From Myxococcales bacterium (GTDB lineage Bacteria; Myxococcota_A; Polyangia; Haliangiales; Haliangiaceae): a stretch of 64,000 nucleotides of DNA. The notes beneath the pieces are model-generated. The model saw nothing but the letters and a program-made list of their open reading frames with translations. It searched no databases and had not been told where the DNA came from. Below, in pieces: positions 11,272 through 24,233 of the stretch; within the stretch, counting starts at the first letter, position 1; each line of letters opens with the position of its first letter. The stretch is from NCBI GenBank assembly GCA_016707895.1, contig JADJGV010000002.1:399695-463694 (forward strand). The letters run 5' to 3'. A program made the position numbers and the translations under genes.

Positions 11272-12555
11272 TCACCAGCGCAGCGCGGGGGCGACGTCGG
11301 TGGCGCGGTGGCAGATCGGCGTGGCGATCGGCGTGCGCGTGATGCACAGGCGATCGCCGCGCGCGCTTGCGTCGCTGGCCAGGAACGCGAAGGTGCCGTC
11401 GGCGGTGCCGGCGGGGCTGCCGTCGGGCCAGGTGACCTGGGCGCCGGCGCGCGCGACCAGCCACGGGGTGGTGGCGGGGCCCGCGCCGGTCGCGCCGGCG
11501 GGGCCGAGGGGCGCGACGTCGCCCGGGGTCGTGCGCGCGCGCAGCTCGCCGCAACGATCGCCGGCCCACACGAGGTAGCCGCCATCGACCACGACCACGT
11601 CGTGGCGTGCGCGCGCGAGCTGGGCCGCCGCGAGCGCGGGCCGGCCGCCGATGGTCAGCGCCGCGCCGTCGTCGCGCAGCTGGCAGCGCTCCTCGGGGAC
11701 GCGTAGCAGGTCGGACGACGTCATGTCGACGACGGTGTAGTTGCTGGCGCTCAGCGGGCCGTCGCAGCTGGTCAGCGCGAGCGCGGCGAGGTCGGGTGCG
11801 GTGGCGCCGCGCTTGCCGCCCTTGCGCGTGGCGGCGGCGGCGGCCTGCGCGGCCTCGCAGCGGGCGCGCTCCTCGGCGGCGCGGGCGGCGGCGGTGGCCT
11901 CGGCGGCGGCGCGCTCGGCGGCCTCGCGGGCGGCCGCGTCGGGGTCGGGGCAGCGCGCGAGGCTGGCGTCGATCGGCGGCAGCGCGACGGGGGTCGGCGG
12001 CGGCGCGATCGCCAGCGCCAGCGCGTCGGCCGGCACGGTCGCGACCAGCCCGACGGGACCGGCGACCGCGGCGCGGCTGCCGTCGGAGAAGACGTGGACC
12101 GGCGCGCCGACCCGCAACAGCCAGCCGGTGCCGTCGACGTGGGCGTCGGACAGCGGGTGCGCGACCCGGGCCACCAGCGCGGCGCGCGGCACGTGCACGC
12201 GCAGGCGATAGCCGAGCGCGTGATCGGCGACGCAGTCGTCGGCGTCCGCCGCGGTCTCGAGCTCGACGGTGTCATCGTGGACCGCGATCAGCTCCGCCGA
12301 GACCAGCGCCGCGGTCGCGATCGGCGTCGGCGGGTGAGCCGCGGCGTCGGCCGCGGTGGCGTACAGCGGCGCGTCGGGTGGCACCGCGATCCGACCAGGG
12401 ACGGCCAGCGGCAGCGGCGGGGTCAGCGTCGACGCGGCGATCGCGACGGGTGGCGGCGGCGCGGCGTCGGCCATCGGCGGCGTCGGCGGGGGCGCGGCGG
12501 CGTGAGGCGTCGATCGCGTACACGCGACCAGCAAGACCAGCGCCGCGCTTCGCAT
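11272..12555 (-). CDS. Hypothetical lipoprotein (427 aa), Ala/Pro-rich
   Basis: MRSAALVLLVACT lipobox signal. Confidence 0.45.
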   Translation of the reverse strand: MRSAALVLLVACTRSTPHAAAPPPTPPMADAAPPPPVAIAASTLTPPLPLAVPGRIAVPPDAPLYATAADAAAHPPTPIATAALVSAELIAVHDDTVELETAADADDCVADHALGYRLRVHVPRAALVARVAHPLSDAHVDGTGWLLRVGAPVHVFSDGSRAAVAGPVGLVATVPADALALAIAPPPTPVALPPIDASLARCPDPDAAAREAAERAAAEATAAARAAEERARCEAAQAAAAATRKGGKRGATAPDLAALALTSCDGPLSASNYTVVDMTSSDLLRVPEERCQLRDDGAALTIGGRPALAAAQLARARHDVVVVDGGYLVWAGDRCGELRARTTPGDVAPLGPAGATGAGPATTPWLVARAGAQVTWPDGSPAGTADGTFAFLASDASARGDRLCITRTPIATPICHRATDVAPALRW

Positions 12556-12592
12556 GGCGACAGCCTGCCACACGCGCGCGACGCGGGGCAGC

Positions 12593-14383
12593 TCAAGACG
12601 TCGGCGCGAGGCCCTGACGCCACCAGCGGGCCAGCATGGCCAGCGCCGCCGCGAGCACGCCGAGGTTGAAGTCGAGGCGTGTGGTCGCGGGCCAGATCAG
12701 CGACGCGCCGACCGCGACCAGCGGCAGCGCCGCGATCCGGACGCGCCCGTAGGCCGCCATCGCGGTGGCGAGGATCAGCAGGTCGATCCGCAGCACGTGG
12801 GCCGACGGCACGTCGGTGAGGTAGCCGACGCCGCGGTTGCACATGGCGACCAACGCCGCGGCGACGAACGTGCGGGTCGCGCCGCTCGACGCGTCGTTGG
12901 CGAACAGCCGCCGCCGCGCCAGGAACACCACCAGCGCCATCGCGCCGACCACCGCCGCGCCGTTGACCAGCAGCGTGCGCTGCGGCAGCGGGTCGCCGAT
13001 CGACGCCCCCGCGAGCACGGTCTGCACGAACGCGCCGATCAGCAGCGCCACGAAGCCGGTGGCGACCAGCATCCGCTCGCGCAGCCCGACCCGATGATCG
13101 CGATCGTGGACCAGCGCGGCGGCGGCGGCGCTGCGCACGGCCAGCTCGTCCACCGCGCGGCGGCGATCGTCGTCGGGCGGCAGCTCGGCGGCCAGCGCGG
13201 CGGCGGCGGCGTGATCGCCGCGGCGCAGCGCGACCGCGAACAGCGCGCGGCGCAAGCGGTCGAGCGCGGCCCGGGCGTCGGGGTTGGCCGGCCACGCGGC
13301 CAGCGCCTGCTCGAGGCCGAACCGCGCGACGTCGGCGGTGGCGGTGAGCGCCGCGGTGGCGTCGGGCGGCCCGGCGGCGGCGCGCTCGACCTCGATGACA
13401 CGGGCCAGCGCGGCCGCGGTCAGCCGCGCCGAGTGGTCGTGGGTGAGGAACGCCGCCAGCGCCTGGGCCAGGGCCTCGGCGTCGGCGTAGCGCTCGCCCG
13501 CGTCGCGCGCCATCGCGCGCTCGATGATCGCGGCCAGCTCGGGCGGCACCGCCGGCGCCAGTTCGGCGATCGGCCGGGGCGGCCCGGCGGCCACGCGATC
13601 CCAGATCGGATCGCCGGCGTCGGCGGTGTGCGCGCCGCTGACGTCGTACGGCGCCGCGCCCGACACCAGCTGGTACAGGATCGCGCCCAGCGCGTAGATG
13701 TCGGCGCGGGTGTCGACGGCCTCGCCGCGCGCCTGCTCGGGCGGCATGTAGCACGGCGTGCCCAGCACGCTGCCGGCGCCGGTGAGCTGCGGGTGGGCAG
13801 GGGCCGCGCCGCCGCCCGTCGGCAGATCGGGCTCGTCGAGCGAGCGCGCCAGGCCCCAGTCGATGACGACGATCTCGCCGAACGCGCCGACCACGACGTT
13901 GGCCGGCTTGAGGTCGCGGTGGATCACCCGCTGGCTGTGCGCGTACGCCACCGCCTCGGCGATCGCGATCACCGCCGGCACCAGGGCCAGCCGGGCCTCG
14001 AGGGTCGGCCGCGCGGCGAGCTCGTGGGCCAGTGAGCGGCCGGCGATCCACTTCATCGCGTACGACAGCACGCCGTCGGCGTCGCTACCGAGATCGTAGA
14101 TCGGGACGATCCCGGGGTGCACCAGCCGGCTGGTGAGCCGGGCCTCGCGCAGGAAGCGTGCGGTCAGCCCCGGATCGGGATCGCGCAGCTGCTTGATCGC
14201 GACCTTGCGATCGAGCACGACGTCGTGGGCGTCGTAGATGATCGCCAGGCCGCCCTCGGCGAGGCGGGCGCCCAGCTGGTAGCGCGCCGCGAACCCGAGG
14301 TCGGGCACGCCCACCGCGGGGCGCGCCGGCGTCGCGAGCGGTCCCAGCGACAGCGTCGCGTCGGAGTCGTGGGTCGCCGCCAC
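12593..14383 (-). CDS. Ser/Thr protein kinase with C-terminal polytopic membrane domain
   Basis: Hanks kinase motifs (VAIK, HRDLKPANV, DWGLA, GTPCYMPPE). The C-terminus has about 5 TM helices. Confidence 0.85.
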   Translation of the reverse strand: MAATHDSDATLSLGPLATPARPAVGVPDLGFAARYQLGARLAEGGLAIIYDAHDVVLDRKVAIKQLRDPDPGLTARFLREARLTSRLVHPGIVPIYDLGSDADGVLSYAMKWIAGRSLAHELAARPTLEARLALVPAVIAIAEAVAYAHSQRVIHRDLKPANVVVGAFGEIVVIDWGLARSLDEPDLPTGGGAAPAHPQLTGAGSVLGTPCYMPPEQARGEAVDTRADIYALGAILYQLVSGAAPYDVSGAHTADAGDPIWDRVAAGPPRPIAELAPAVPPELAAIIERAMARDAGERYADAEALAQALAAFLTHDHSARLTAAALARVIEVERAAAGPPDATAALTATADVARFGLEQALAAWPANPDARAALDRLRRALFAVALRRGDHAAAAALAAELPPDDDRRRAVDELAVRSAAAAALVHDRDHRVGLRERMLVATGFVALLIGAFVQTVLAGASIGDPLPQRTLLVNGAAVVGAMALVVFLARRRLFANDASSGATRTFVAAALVAMCNRGVGYLTDVPSAHVLRIDLLILATAMAAYGRVRIAALPLVAVGASLIWPATTRLDFNLGVLAAALAMLARWWRQGLAPTS

Positions 14384-14397
14384 CGCCGGACCTTACC

Positions 14398-16149
14398 TCA
14401 GCGCTCGGTCGCCGCGCGGCCCCACGGGTGGCGGGCCAGCAGCCCCGCGGCGCGCTCGACCACCGGCAGCGGCGCGGCGCCGTGCAGCGCGGCGGCAAGC
14501 GCCTCGGCGAACTCGGTCGCGTGGTCGAAGCGATCGGCGGCGCGCTTGGCCAGCGCCACCGCCATCACCGCGTCGACCGCGCGCGGCACGTCGGGTGCCA
14601 GCGCGCTGGGCGCCTTGGGGTGCTGGTAGACCACCGAGAACAACAGCTGCGGCGTGTCGACGCCGGTGAACGCCGGGCGGCCGGTGAGCGCGCGGTAGGT
14701 CACCGCGCCGAGCGCGAAGACGTCGGCGCGGGCGTCGACGCCGTGGCCCCGCGCCTGCTCGGGCGCCATGTAGCCCGGCGTGCCGACCACCGCGGCCTGG
14801 GTCAGCGTGCCGCTCGAGCCGGCCAGGCTGGCCACGCCGAAGTCGAGGATCTTCCACGCGCCCAGGTCGCGCGACCAGAACAGGTTGTGTGGCTTCAGAT
14901 CGCGGTGCACGACGCCGGCGGCGTGGGCGACGTCGAGGCCGCGCGCGACCTCGCGCACCAGCGTGATCAGCGCGGCGCGATCGAGCCGCGGCTCCCGGCG
15001 CAGCCGGCGCGCCAGGTCTTCCCCGTGCAGTCGCTCCATCGCCAGGTACGGCATGGCGCGGATCACGCCGGCGTCGAACACCCGCACGATGTGTGGCGAC
15101 TGCAGCGCCGCGATCACCGCGCCCTCGCGCTCGAACCGCTCGCGCAGGCGCGCCTCGTCGGGGCCGAGCTCGCGCAGGACCTTGACCGCCGCGGTGCGGT
15201 GGTCGCTCGCGTGGGTGGCGGCGTAGACCTCGCCCATCGCGCCGCGGCCGATCACCTCGGCCAGCTGCCACGGCCCGGCGGCGGCGCCGGTGAGCTGGCC
15301 CTTGGCGCCGGCGCCTCCGTCGAGGACGTGGTCGAGGTCGCGCTTGACCTCGACCAGCTGGGCCTCGCGCTGGTTGGCCAGGAGCGCCGCCTCGTGCGCG
15401 CGCGCCAGGGCGTGCTCGAGCGTGCGCCGCGACAGCCGGGCCATCCACAGCGCCACCAGCAACACCACCGGCACCATCGCGGTGAACATGGCCTGCCCGG
15501 CGGCCGAGGTGGCGGTCGGGGTGACGACCGCGCGATCGTCGAGCAGGCCGGTCAGCGTGGCCAGCGCGAGCGCCAGGTACCCGGCGATCGCGACCAGCGG
15601 CGCGACCAGCGCGCCGATCCGATCGCGCCCGAGCCCGATGAAGCTGATGCCGAGCGTCACCACCAGCGGCGTCGGCGAGAACACGCCGAGGTAGTAGATG
15701 ACCTCGAACGACCCCGCCGCGATCGCGAACGCGAACGTGCGGAACACCGCCGGCGTGTACCGCGCCGGGTTGCGACAGCGGCGCACCAGCCACGCGCCCA
15801 GCCCGATCAGCGCGATCAGCGTCGCCACGAACGGGCCCTTGCGGCTGGCGTCGCCGGGCAGCGCCGGGACGAACGCCAGCATCGCCAGCGCCATGACGAT
15901 CATCACCGTCGACCAGCCGCGGGCCCGCGCGACCTCCTCGGCATGCAGCGCGGCGGCCAGCCCGTCCTGGGCCTCGCTCGAGGCCGCCGACGGCGGCGTG
16001 GTGGGCCGGGGCGGCGCGCGGCGCGGGCGCGCGTCGACGGTCTCGAGGCTCACGCGGTCGAGGTCGTCGTCGACGCGCGCCTGCTCCTCGGCCAGCGTGT
16101 CGACGTCGTCCGTCACCGCCGGCGGCGCCGTGGGGGGCCGCACGCTCAT
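14398..16149 (-). CDS. Ser/Thr protein kinase with N-terminal polytopic membrane domain
   Basis: An N-terminal stretch of about 6 TM helices precedes the kinase domain (GRGAMGEVY, VKVL, HRDLKPHN, DFGVA, GTPGYMAPE). Confidence 0.85.
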   Translation of the reverse strand: MSVRPPTAPPAVTDDVDTLAEEQARVDDDLDRVSLETVDARPRRAPPRPTTPPSAASSEAQDGLAAALHAEEVARARGWSTVMIVMALAMLAFVPALPGDASRKGPFVATLIALIGLGAWLVRRCRNPARYTPAVFRTFAFAIAAGSFEVIYYLGVFSPTPLVVTLGISFIGLGRDRIGALVAPLVAIAGYLALALATLTGLLDDRAVVTPTATSAAGQAMFTAMVPVVLLVALWMARLSRRTLEHALARAHEAALLANQREAQLVEVKRDLDHVLDGGAGAKGQLTGAAAGPWQLAEVIGRGAMGEVYAATHASDHRTAAVKVLRELGPDEARLRERFEREGAVIAALQSPHIVRVFDAGVIRAMPYLAMERLHGEDLARRLRREPRLDRAALITLVREVARGLDVAHAAGVVHRDLKPHNLFWSRDLGAWKILDFGVASLAGSSGTLTQAAVVGTPGYMAPEQARGHGVDARADVFALGAVTYRALTGRPAFTGVDTPQLLFSVVYQHPKAPSALAPDVPRAVDAVMAVALAKRAADRFDHATEFAEALAAALHGAAPLPVVERAAGLLARHPWGRAATER

Positions 16150-16194
16150 GGGGCGATCAGCGCGCGGCGGTGGCGCCCCGTCAAGCACGTCGCC

Positions 16195-16497
16195 TTACTT
16201 CAGGTAGCGGCCGAGCTGGTCGGCGAGCTGGCCGGCCCGCACGCCGACGTACGAGCCGACCGCCGCGGGCAGGGCCGGGGCAGCCCGCAGGTGGGCCATG
16301 ATCGTGCTCGAGCCGCCGGCCAGGTAGCGATCGACCAGCGCATCGTGGCGCGCGCACGCCGGGGTGCGGACGTCGCCGAGGTACGGCATGTCGGCCCCCG
16401 GGCCGCACCGCCCGAAGCTGGGATCGGGCGCGCCGCCCACGACGTAGGTCAGATCGAGCGGCGCGATCGGCTGGAACATCGCCGTGCACTCCTGCAT
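16195..16497 (-). CDS. Small hypothetical protein (100 aa)
   Basis: ATG at 16497. High GC3 coding bias. Sits between two kinase genes. The N-terminal 230 codons of the annotated ORF are Pro/Arg/Ser-rich junk. Confidence 0.3.
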   Translation of the reverse strand: MQECTAMFQPIAPLDLTYVVGGAPDPSFGRCGPGADMPYLGDVRTPACARHDALVDRYLAGGSSTIMAHLRAAPALPAAVGSYVGVRAGQLADQLGRYLK

Positions 16498-16675
16498 CGC
16501 GCGTACCAGCCGGCGGGCGCGCCGCGGCGCGCATGCTCGCAACCTCGCCGGGGCTCGTCGCGCCAGGCTGAGGACGCCGGGCCGCAGGCCGGCGTCAGAA
16601 CAGCGCGCGGCGCGAACGTCGGTTGCGCGGGCCAGCGCGCTGGACCCCAGCTTCACCGCCGCGGCGGCCGCGCGG

Positions 16676-19435
<2,760 letters not shown>

Positions 19436-19618
19436 CTCGCCGCCGATGGTAGCGCGGCCGTCGGGGCGGCGCCTGTCACCCGCCGGGTTACAACTGGCAC
19501 CGAGATGGCGACACGGTCCGCTCCACCGCTACCATACACGCGTCGCGCGATGGCCGTGGGTTTGCAGAGTTGGCCGAAGTCGGGAGCCCACACGTCGACC
19601 CGTCCAGGAGCACTTCGC

Positions 19619-20791
19619 ATGCCAGCTCGTCTCTTCGTCACTGCTTGTGCGATCGCCAGTGCGCTCGCGGCCACCACCGTCTCGATCCGCGTCGCAGGGG
19701 CCGGGTGCAACGCCTACCGCTGCGGCGGCAACACGCCGATCCTCTGGGGGACCTTCATCCGCGGGCTCAGCACCACCGGCGAGGCCAACGCCGAGCGGGT
19801 CGTGCTGCGGCCGGAGTTGATCCCGTCGGGCACCGGCACCTGCGCCGGCACCGACATCAAGCTCGCCTCGGTCGACGGGCGCCTGCAAGGCGTCCGCGAC
19901 GGCGTCGAGGTGTGCGCCGACGCGGCGCTGGTCGGGTCGGCGTTCGATCTGGACGTGCCGTACAAGGCGCTGACGATGCGGGTGCGGGTGCTCATCTCCG
20001 AGATCAGGACGGTGTCGACCTGGGAGGTCGAGGGCGCGACCGTGCTGCCGACCTACCGCTTCGAGGTGGTGGCCAACGGCGCGATCGCCGCGCCGGGCGA
20101 GCCGCCGCCCGACGGCGCGCGGCCGTTCGGGCCGGTCACGCCGTCGCCGCTATGCCAGGAGACCGAGCGGTGGATGGAGCGGTGGCAGAACGACGGCCTG
20201 GTGCCGGTGCTGGAGACGCCGTCCGGTGGCCTGATCCGCTGGGACAATCCCCCGGGCACCGTCGGCCAGCAGTGGCAGCAGGGCACCGACCACGCGCTGA
20301 TCGTCAGCGGCGAGACGTACACCGAGACCGGCTCGTCGGCGGCGATCGGGCAGCAGTGGTTCCAGATCGCGTGCGCCGGCTCGGCGATCGCCAAGATGCG
20401 GCTGCTCGGGATCGATCCGTGGGAGCCGCGCGCGGTCGCTGGCGGGCTCACCACCGCCACGCTCAAGATGATGGGCGCGCGCTACGGCGGCGACGTCGCG
20501 TTCACGCGGCCGGGCACGCCGGTGCGCTGGGAGCGCTGGGACGCGCGGCGATTCTACGGCGGGCCGGCGCGCGAGTTTGCGCCCGGGCCGTCGGAGGCGA
20601 CGTGGACCCGCAGCGGCGCGGCGTGCGTCGATCACCTGCGGCTGATGCGGGCGAGCCTCGGCAGCCGCTGGCTCACGTGGGTCGAGGGCATCGCGCTGGT
20701 GTCGCTGGCGCGCGAGTACCGGCTGCGCCCGTGCCCCCGCACCGCCAGCGCAGTGTGGACGACCACGACGGTCGATCACGTCGCGCACTGA
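19619..20791 (+). CDS. Hypothetical secreted protein (390 aa)
   Basis: ATG at 19619 with signal peptide MPARLFVTACAIASALAATTVSIRVAGAGC. Confidence 0.45.
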   Translation: MPARLFVTACAIASALAATTVSIRVAGAGCNAYRCGGNTPILWGTFIRGLSTTGEANAERVVLRPELIPSGTGTCAGTDIKLASVDGRLQGVRDGVEVCADAALVGSAFDLDVPYKALTMRVRVLISEIRTVSTWEVEGATVLPTYRFEVVANGAIAAPGEPPPDGARPFGPVTPSPLCQETERWMERWQNDGLVPVLETPSGGLIRWDNPPGTVGQQWQQGTDHALIVSGETYTETGSSAAIGQQWFQIACAGSAIAKMRLLGIDPWEPRAVAGGLTTATLKMMGARYGGDVAFTRPGTPVRWERWDARRFYGGPAREFAPGPSEATWTRSGAACVDHLRLMRASLGSRWLTWVEGIALVSLAREYRLRPCPRTASAVWTTTTVDHVAH

Positions 20792-20875
20792 GTCCCAACA
20801 GGGCGTGTCGCAACGCGGTCCCCCGTCGGGTCATGCCCCGCCGGGGAACCTCCCAAGATCCGCGGCTGCGAAGCC

Positions 20876-21640
20876 TCAGGCCAGCGGCCCCGGCCGCTCC
20901 CACAGGCTCGGTGCCGGGCCGCCGCGCTTCCAGCCGCCCTGCATGAGCCAGGTCTGTGGCGCCGCGGTCGGCATCGGCTCGAAGTCCTTGGGCCACGCGA
21001 ACGGCACGCCGTCGCGCTCGGCCCAGCCGGCGAAGGCGACGCCGCTGGCGTAGCGATCGAGCGGCGCGCGGCGCTGCCCGACGCCGGCGTGATCCTCGCG
21101 GTGGCGGCGCCAGTTGTTGAGCACGTAGGCCAGCGCGTGGCGGGCCTGGCGCGGCTTGCTGAGCGTCGTCGCGTGGTAGCGGTCGGTGAAGACGCGGCCG
21201 GCTCGCGGCACTCCGCCAGCGATGGTGACCGCGCGGTTCAGCCGCTTCGCGGCTGAGACGCACAGCGCGCGGACGCCGTTGGCCAGCGCGCGGCGGTCGT
21301 CGGCCTCGCAGAGCAGGTGGATGTGGTGGCGCTGGATCGACAGGTGGACGACGCGGAAGTCGGCGCGCCCGACCAGCGCGATCATCGCCGCGCGGACGGC
21401 CGCGTACGCCTGCGGCCGGCGCAGGCGGCCGACCTGCCGGGTGACGCGCAGGACGACGTGGACAGGCAGGCGGCGATCGTGGAACGGCCGCGCCCGGTGC
21501 TTGCCGCGGGCCGGGCCGGGCAGCGTCCGCTTGCGCCCGGCGCCGGCGCGCTTGCCGCCGTGACCGTTCGCGTTGCCCGCGCGCCGCGGCGCGCCCTCGG
21601 TCCTCGCCAACCCCAGCTGCCTCGACATCCTCGCCCTCAT
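20876..21640 (-). CDS. IS200/IS605-family Y1 (HUH) transposase-like protein (RAYT-like)
   Basis: N-terminal GGKRAGAGRKRT motif. HuH motif RHHIHLL. Catalytic Tyr context TDRYHATTL. Matches the IS200-like transposase fold (PF01797-like). Confidence 0.65.
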   Translation of the reverse strand: MRARMSRQLGLARTEGAPRRAGNANGHGGKRAGAGRKRTLPGPARGKHRARPFHDRRLPVHVVLRVTRQVGRLRRPQAYAAVRAAMIALVGRADFRVVHLSIQRHHIHLLCEADDRRALANGVRALCVSAAKRLNRAVTIAGGVPRAGRVFTDRYHATTLSKPRQARHALAYVLNNWRRHREDHAGVGQRRAPLDRYASGVAFAGWAERDGVPFAWPKDFEPMPTAAPQTWLMQGGWKRGGPAPSLWERPGPLA

Positions 21641-21923
21641 GATTGGGCCAATATAGGCACTGGGCGCGAGACGTCAAGGCGCGAGGAAGATTCAGTGAGG
21701 GGGTACAGACTGATCTGATCCCTGACAGCTCGTCCCCGGGACCCTGACAGGCGAGTGCGGCGAGTGCCTGCGAGCGCGGATCGGGAGGCGAGGACCGCCC
21801 GGAGCGCTGTCGCCTTGGAGATGCCGACCGTTGCTCGTCCGAAGGCCTCACAGACTCTGAGCGCACACCCACCGGCGCTGCGTTGACGGCGATGACCGCC
21901 GGCGCTACAGATGCCGAGCCACG

Positions 21924-22610
21924 ATGACGCCGCCGACACCAGCGACGCCCGCGCGGCGGCCGACCGGGCACGGCGGCTGGCGGCCGGGCGCAGGGCGGAA
22001 GAAGCGGCCGGGGTCGGATCCGCACCTCCCGCGCGCGCGGTTCGCGGCGGCGACGCCGGTGTACGTCACGGTGAAGCTGGCCGAGGACGCGCCGACGCTG
22101 CGCACCGCGGCGGTCGCGCGGGCGGTGTGGGCCGCGATCGAGGCCGGGCACCGCGACGACTTCCGCGTCGTGCACTACGGCGTGCTCGGCGATCAGCTGC
22201 GCTTCGTCGTCGAGGCGGCCGGGACGCAGGCGCTCTCGCGTGGGATGCAGGGGCTGACCATCCGGCTCGCGCGACGCATCAACGCGCAGCTGGGACGCCG
22301 CGGCAAGCTGTTCGCGCAGCGCTACCAGGCGCGGCCGCTGCGCACGGCGGCGGAGGTGCGCGACGCGATCCGCGACGTCTTGCTCGGCGCGCGGGGCGCC
22401 GGCGCGCGGCTCAAACTCGGCGCGATCGATCCGCACTCGAGCGGGCTGTGGTTCGACGGCTGGAAGGCCGCGGCCCGCACCGACGTCGCGTGGCTGCGCG
22501 CCCTGGCCAAGGCCGGTCGCCCGACGGCGGCGCCGCGCACGGCGCTGCTCGCGCGCGGCTGGCACACCGCGGGCGGGCCGCTCGACGTCGACGACGCGTC
22601 GCGGTCGTGA
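21924..22610 (+). CDS. Paralog of the IS200-like Y1 transposase lacking the HuH histidines
   Basis: Same architecture (GGWRPGAGRKKRP ... FRVVHYG ... AQRYQARPL), but the HIH motif is replaced by LRF. Divergently oriented to 20876..21640. Confidence 0.55.
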   Translation: MTPPTPATPARRPTGHGGWRPGAGRKKRPGSDPHLPRARFAAATPVYVTVKLAEDAPTLRTAAVARAVWAAIEAGHRDDFRVVHYGVLGDQLRFVVEAAGTQALSRGMQGLTIRLARRINAQLGRRGKLFAQRYQARPLRTAAEVRDAIRDVLLGARGAGARLKLGAIDPHSSGLWFDGWKAAARTDVAWLRALAKAGRPTAAPRTALLARGWHTAGGPLDVDDASRS

Positions 22611-22614
22611 TCGC

Positions 22615-24168
22615 CTACGGCGCGGCGGGGTAGATGATCCGCGCGCGCACCGCGGTCATGTCGCGATCGGGATCGGTGGCGCTGCCGTCGCTCCAGGTGA
22701 CCGCGACCGAGCGATCGGGGAGCCAGCCGAGCGACGGGTCTTCCTGATCGCCGGGCGTGGTGGAGTTGACCAGCTGCGCGTCGCCGACGGGGGCGAGGTC
22801 GCCGTCGTAGCGGCGGAAGCGGACGCCGCAGCCGGCGCCGTCGCTGCCCTCGTTGCAGGCCGACCAGGCGACGCCGACGTCGGTGCCGTCGATGGCGAGG
22901 GCGGCGGGGCCGGACTCCGAGTCGTTGGTGACGATCACCGCGGCGCCGACGCCGGCGCCGGCGGCGGTGTAGCGGCGCAGGATCAGCTCGCCGTGATCGG
23001 CCGCGCCGCTGATGGTCTGGTGGCGGTAGAGCATGACCAGGTCGTTGCCGAGGCGGGCCAGCTGCGGCGGGCCGAGGTTGTCGCCGGGGTGGCTGGCGGC
23101 CAGCAGGTCGACCGGGCTCAGCGCCGCGCCGGTGGTGCCGTACAGCCGGCCGCGGATGTCGCTGCCGACCCGCCACGCGAACGCCAGCGCCGAGCCGTTG
23201 CCGAGCGTCACGACCGCGGGCGCCTCGTCGTCGGTGCGCACCGTCGTCGACACCACGAACGGGTCGGGGGTGTTGGTGATCGGGTTGTTGATCGGCTGGC
23301 CGGTGGCCGACAGGAAGCGCGCCTTGACCACGGTCTGGCCGACCATCGTGCCGGTGTCGGTCCAGGCCACGACGAAGCGGCCGTCGGGGAACACCGCGAC
23401 CGCCGGCGTGCCCGGCGAGGTCGCCGTCGTCACCTGGGTCTCGATCGGCGTGACGTGGTTGCCGGCGGCGTCGATCACCACCGCGAACAGATCGCCGAAG
23501 GTGGTCCACGCCGCCAGCGTGGTGCCGTTGCGATCGGTCACCATGGACGGCTCGTAGCCGGTCTCGCCGTCGGTCTGGTTGATGTTGAACTGCCCGGTGC
23601 CGGCGGCGATGCCGGTGGTCACCGCGGTGCCGGTGGCGTCGTAGCGCCGGCCGAATACGTCGCAGCGCCCCACCATCTGGCAGGTATCCGACCAGCCGAT
23701 CGTGAACACGCCGTCGGCGCCGATCGCGAGCTGGCGGCCGCCGCCGTCGAGGCGGAACGCCAGGTCCTGGCTGCCGACGTAGGTGGTGTTGACGACGAAG
23801 TCGTTGGGCTCGAGCAAGAGGTCGGCGTCGACGCGGCTGTCGGCGATCGGCACCACCAGCTGGCCGACGCCGCGGGCCAGGCCGCCGCCGTCCTTGGCCA
23901 CCACGTCGATCGTCAGGTCGCCGGTGCGGCCCGGGGTCTGGACGCTGAACGACATCGGGAACGACCGCCCCGACACCGCGAACGCCTCGCTCTGCGTCGA
24001 GCTGTCGTTGGCCAGCACCACCGCGAGCTCGGTGACGTTGGTGACCGCCGGCCGCGCCTGGAGGTGCACGACGATCACCGGCTCGTCGCTGCCGCACGCG
24101 CCCAGCAGCGCCCCGGCCACGACGGCGGCGGGGCCCCAGAGCCAGGGGGACGGACGAGGCGAGCGCAC
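22615..24168 (-). CDS. Hypothetical lipoprotein with beta-propeller-like repeats
   Basis: GTG at 24168 gives VRSPRPSPWLWGPAAVVAGALLGAC (lipobox). Recurring VAWTD/AAWTT/FAWRV/VTWSD blade-like motifs. The upstream part of the annotated ORF is Arg-rich junk. Confidence 0.5.
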   Translation of the reverse strand: MRSPRPSPWLWGPAAVVAGALLGACGSDEPVIVVHLQARPAVTNVTELAVVLANDSSTQSEAFAVSGRSFPMSFSVQTPGRTGDLTIDVVAKDGGGLARGVGQLVVPIADSRVDADLLLEPNDFVVNTTYVGSQDLAFRLDGGGRQLAIGADGVFTIGWSDTCQMVGRCDVFGRRYDATGTAVTTGIAAGTGQFNINQTDGETGYEPSMVTDRNGTTLAAWTTFGDLFAVVIDAAGNHVTPIETQVTTATSPGTPAVAVFPDGRFVVAWTDTGTMVGQTVVKARFLSATGQPINNPITNTPDPFVVSTTVRTDDEAPAVVTLGNGSALAFAWRVGSDIRGRLYGTTGAALSPVDLLAASHPGDNLGPPQLARLGNDLVMLYRHQTISGAADHGELILRRYTAAGAGVGAAVIVTNDSESGPAALAIDGTDVGVAWSACNEGSDGAGCGVRFRRYDGDLAPVGDAQLVNSTTPGDQEDPSLGWLPDRSVAVTWSDGSATDPDRDMTAVRARIIYPAAP

Positions 24169-24233
24169 GATAACCAGGCGAGCTAGGAGACGGGGTACCG
24201 CATGGACCAGAGAGTAGCCTCGCTGTCGCTCGG

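Noticed and set aside
10118-12617. ORFs 10118..11569(-), 10297..11073(-), 11607..12617(+)
   Set aside because: Shadow ORFs of the ECF sigma and lipoprotein genes. Their translations are runs of Arg/Pro/Ala.
21640-21924. Sigma-54 promoter at AGGCACTGGGCGCGAG and elsewhere (e.g. 27221)
   Set aside because: The GGCAC element is not followed by a GC at the correct -12 spacing. Only the 8772..8787 site satisfies GG-N10-GC.
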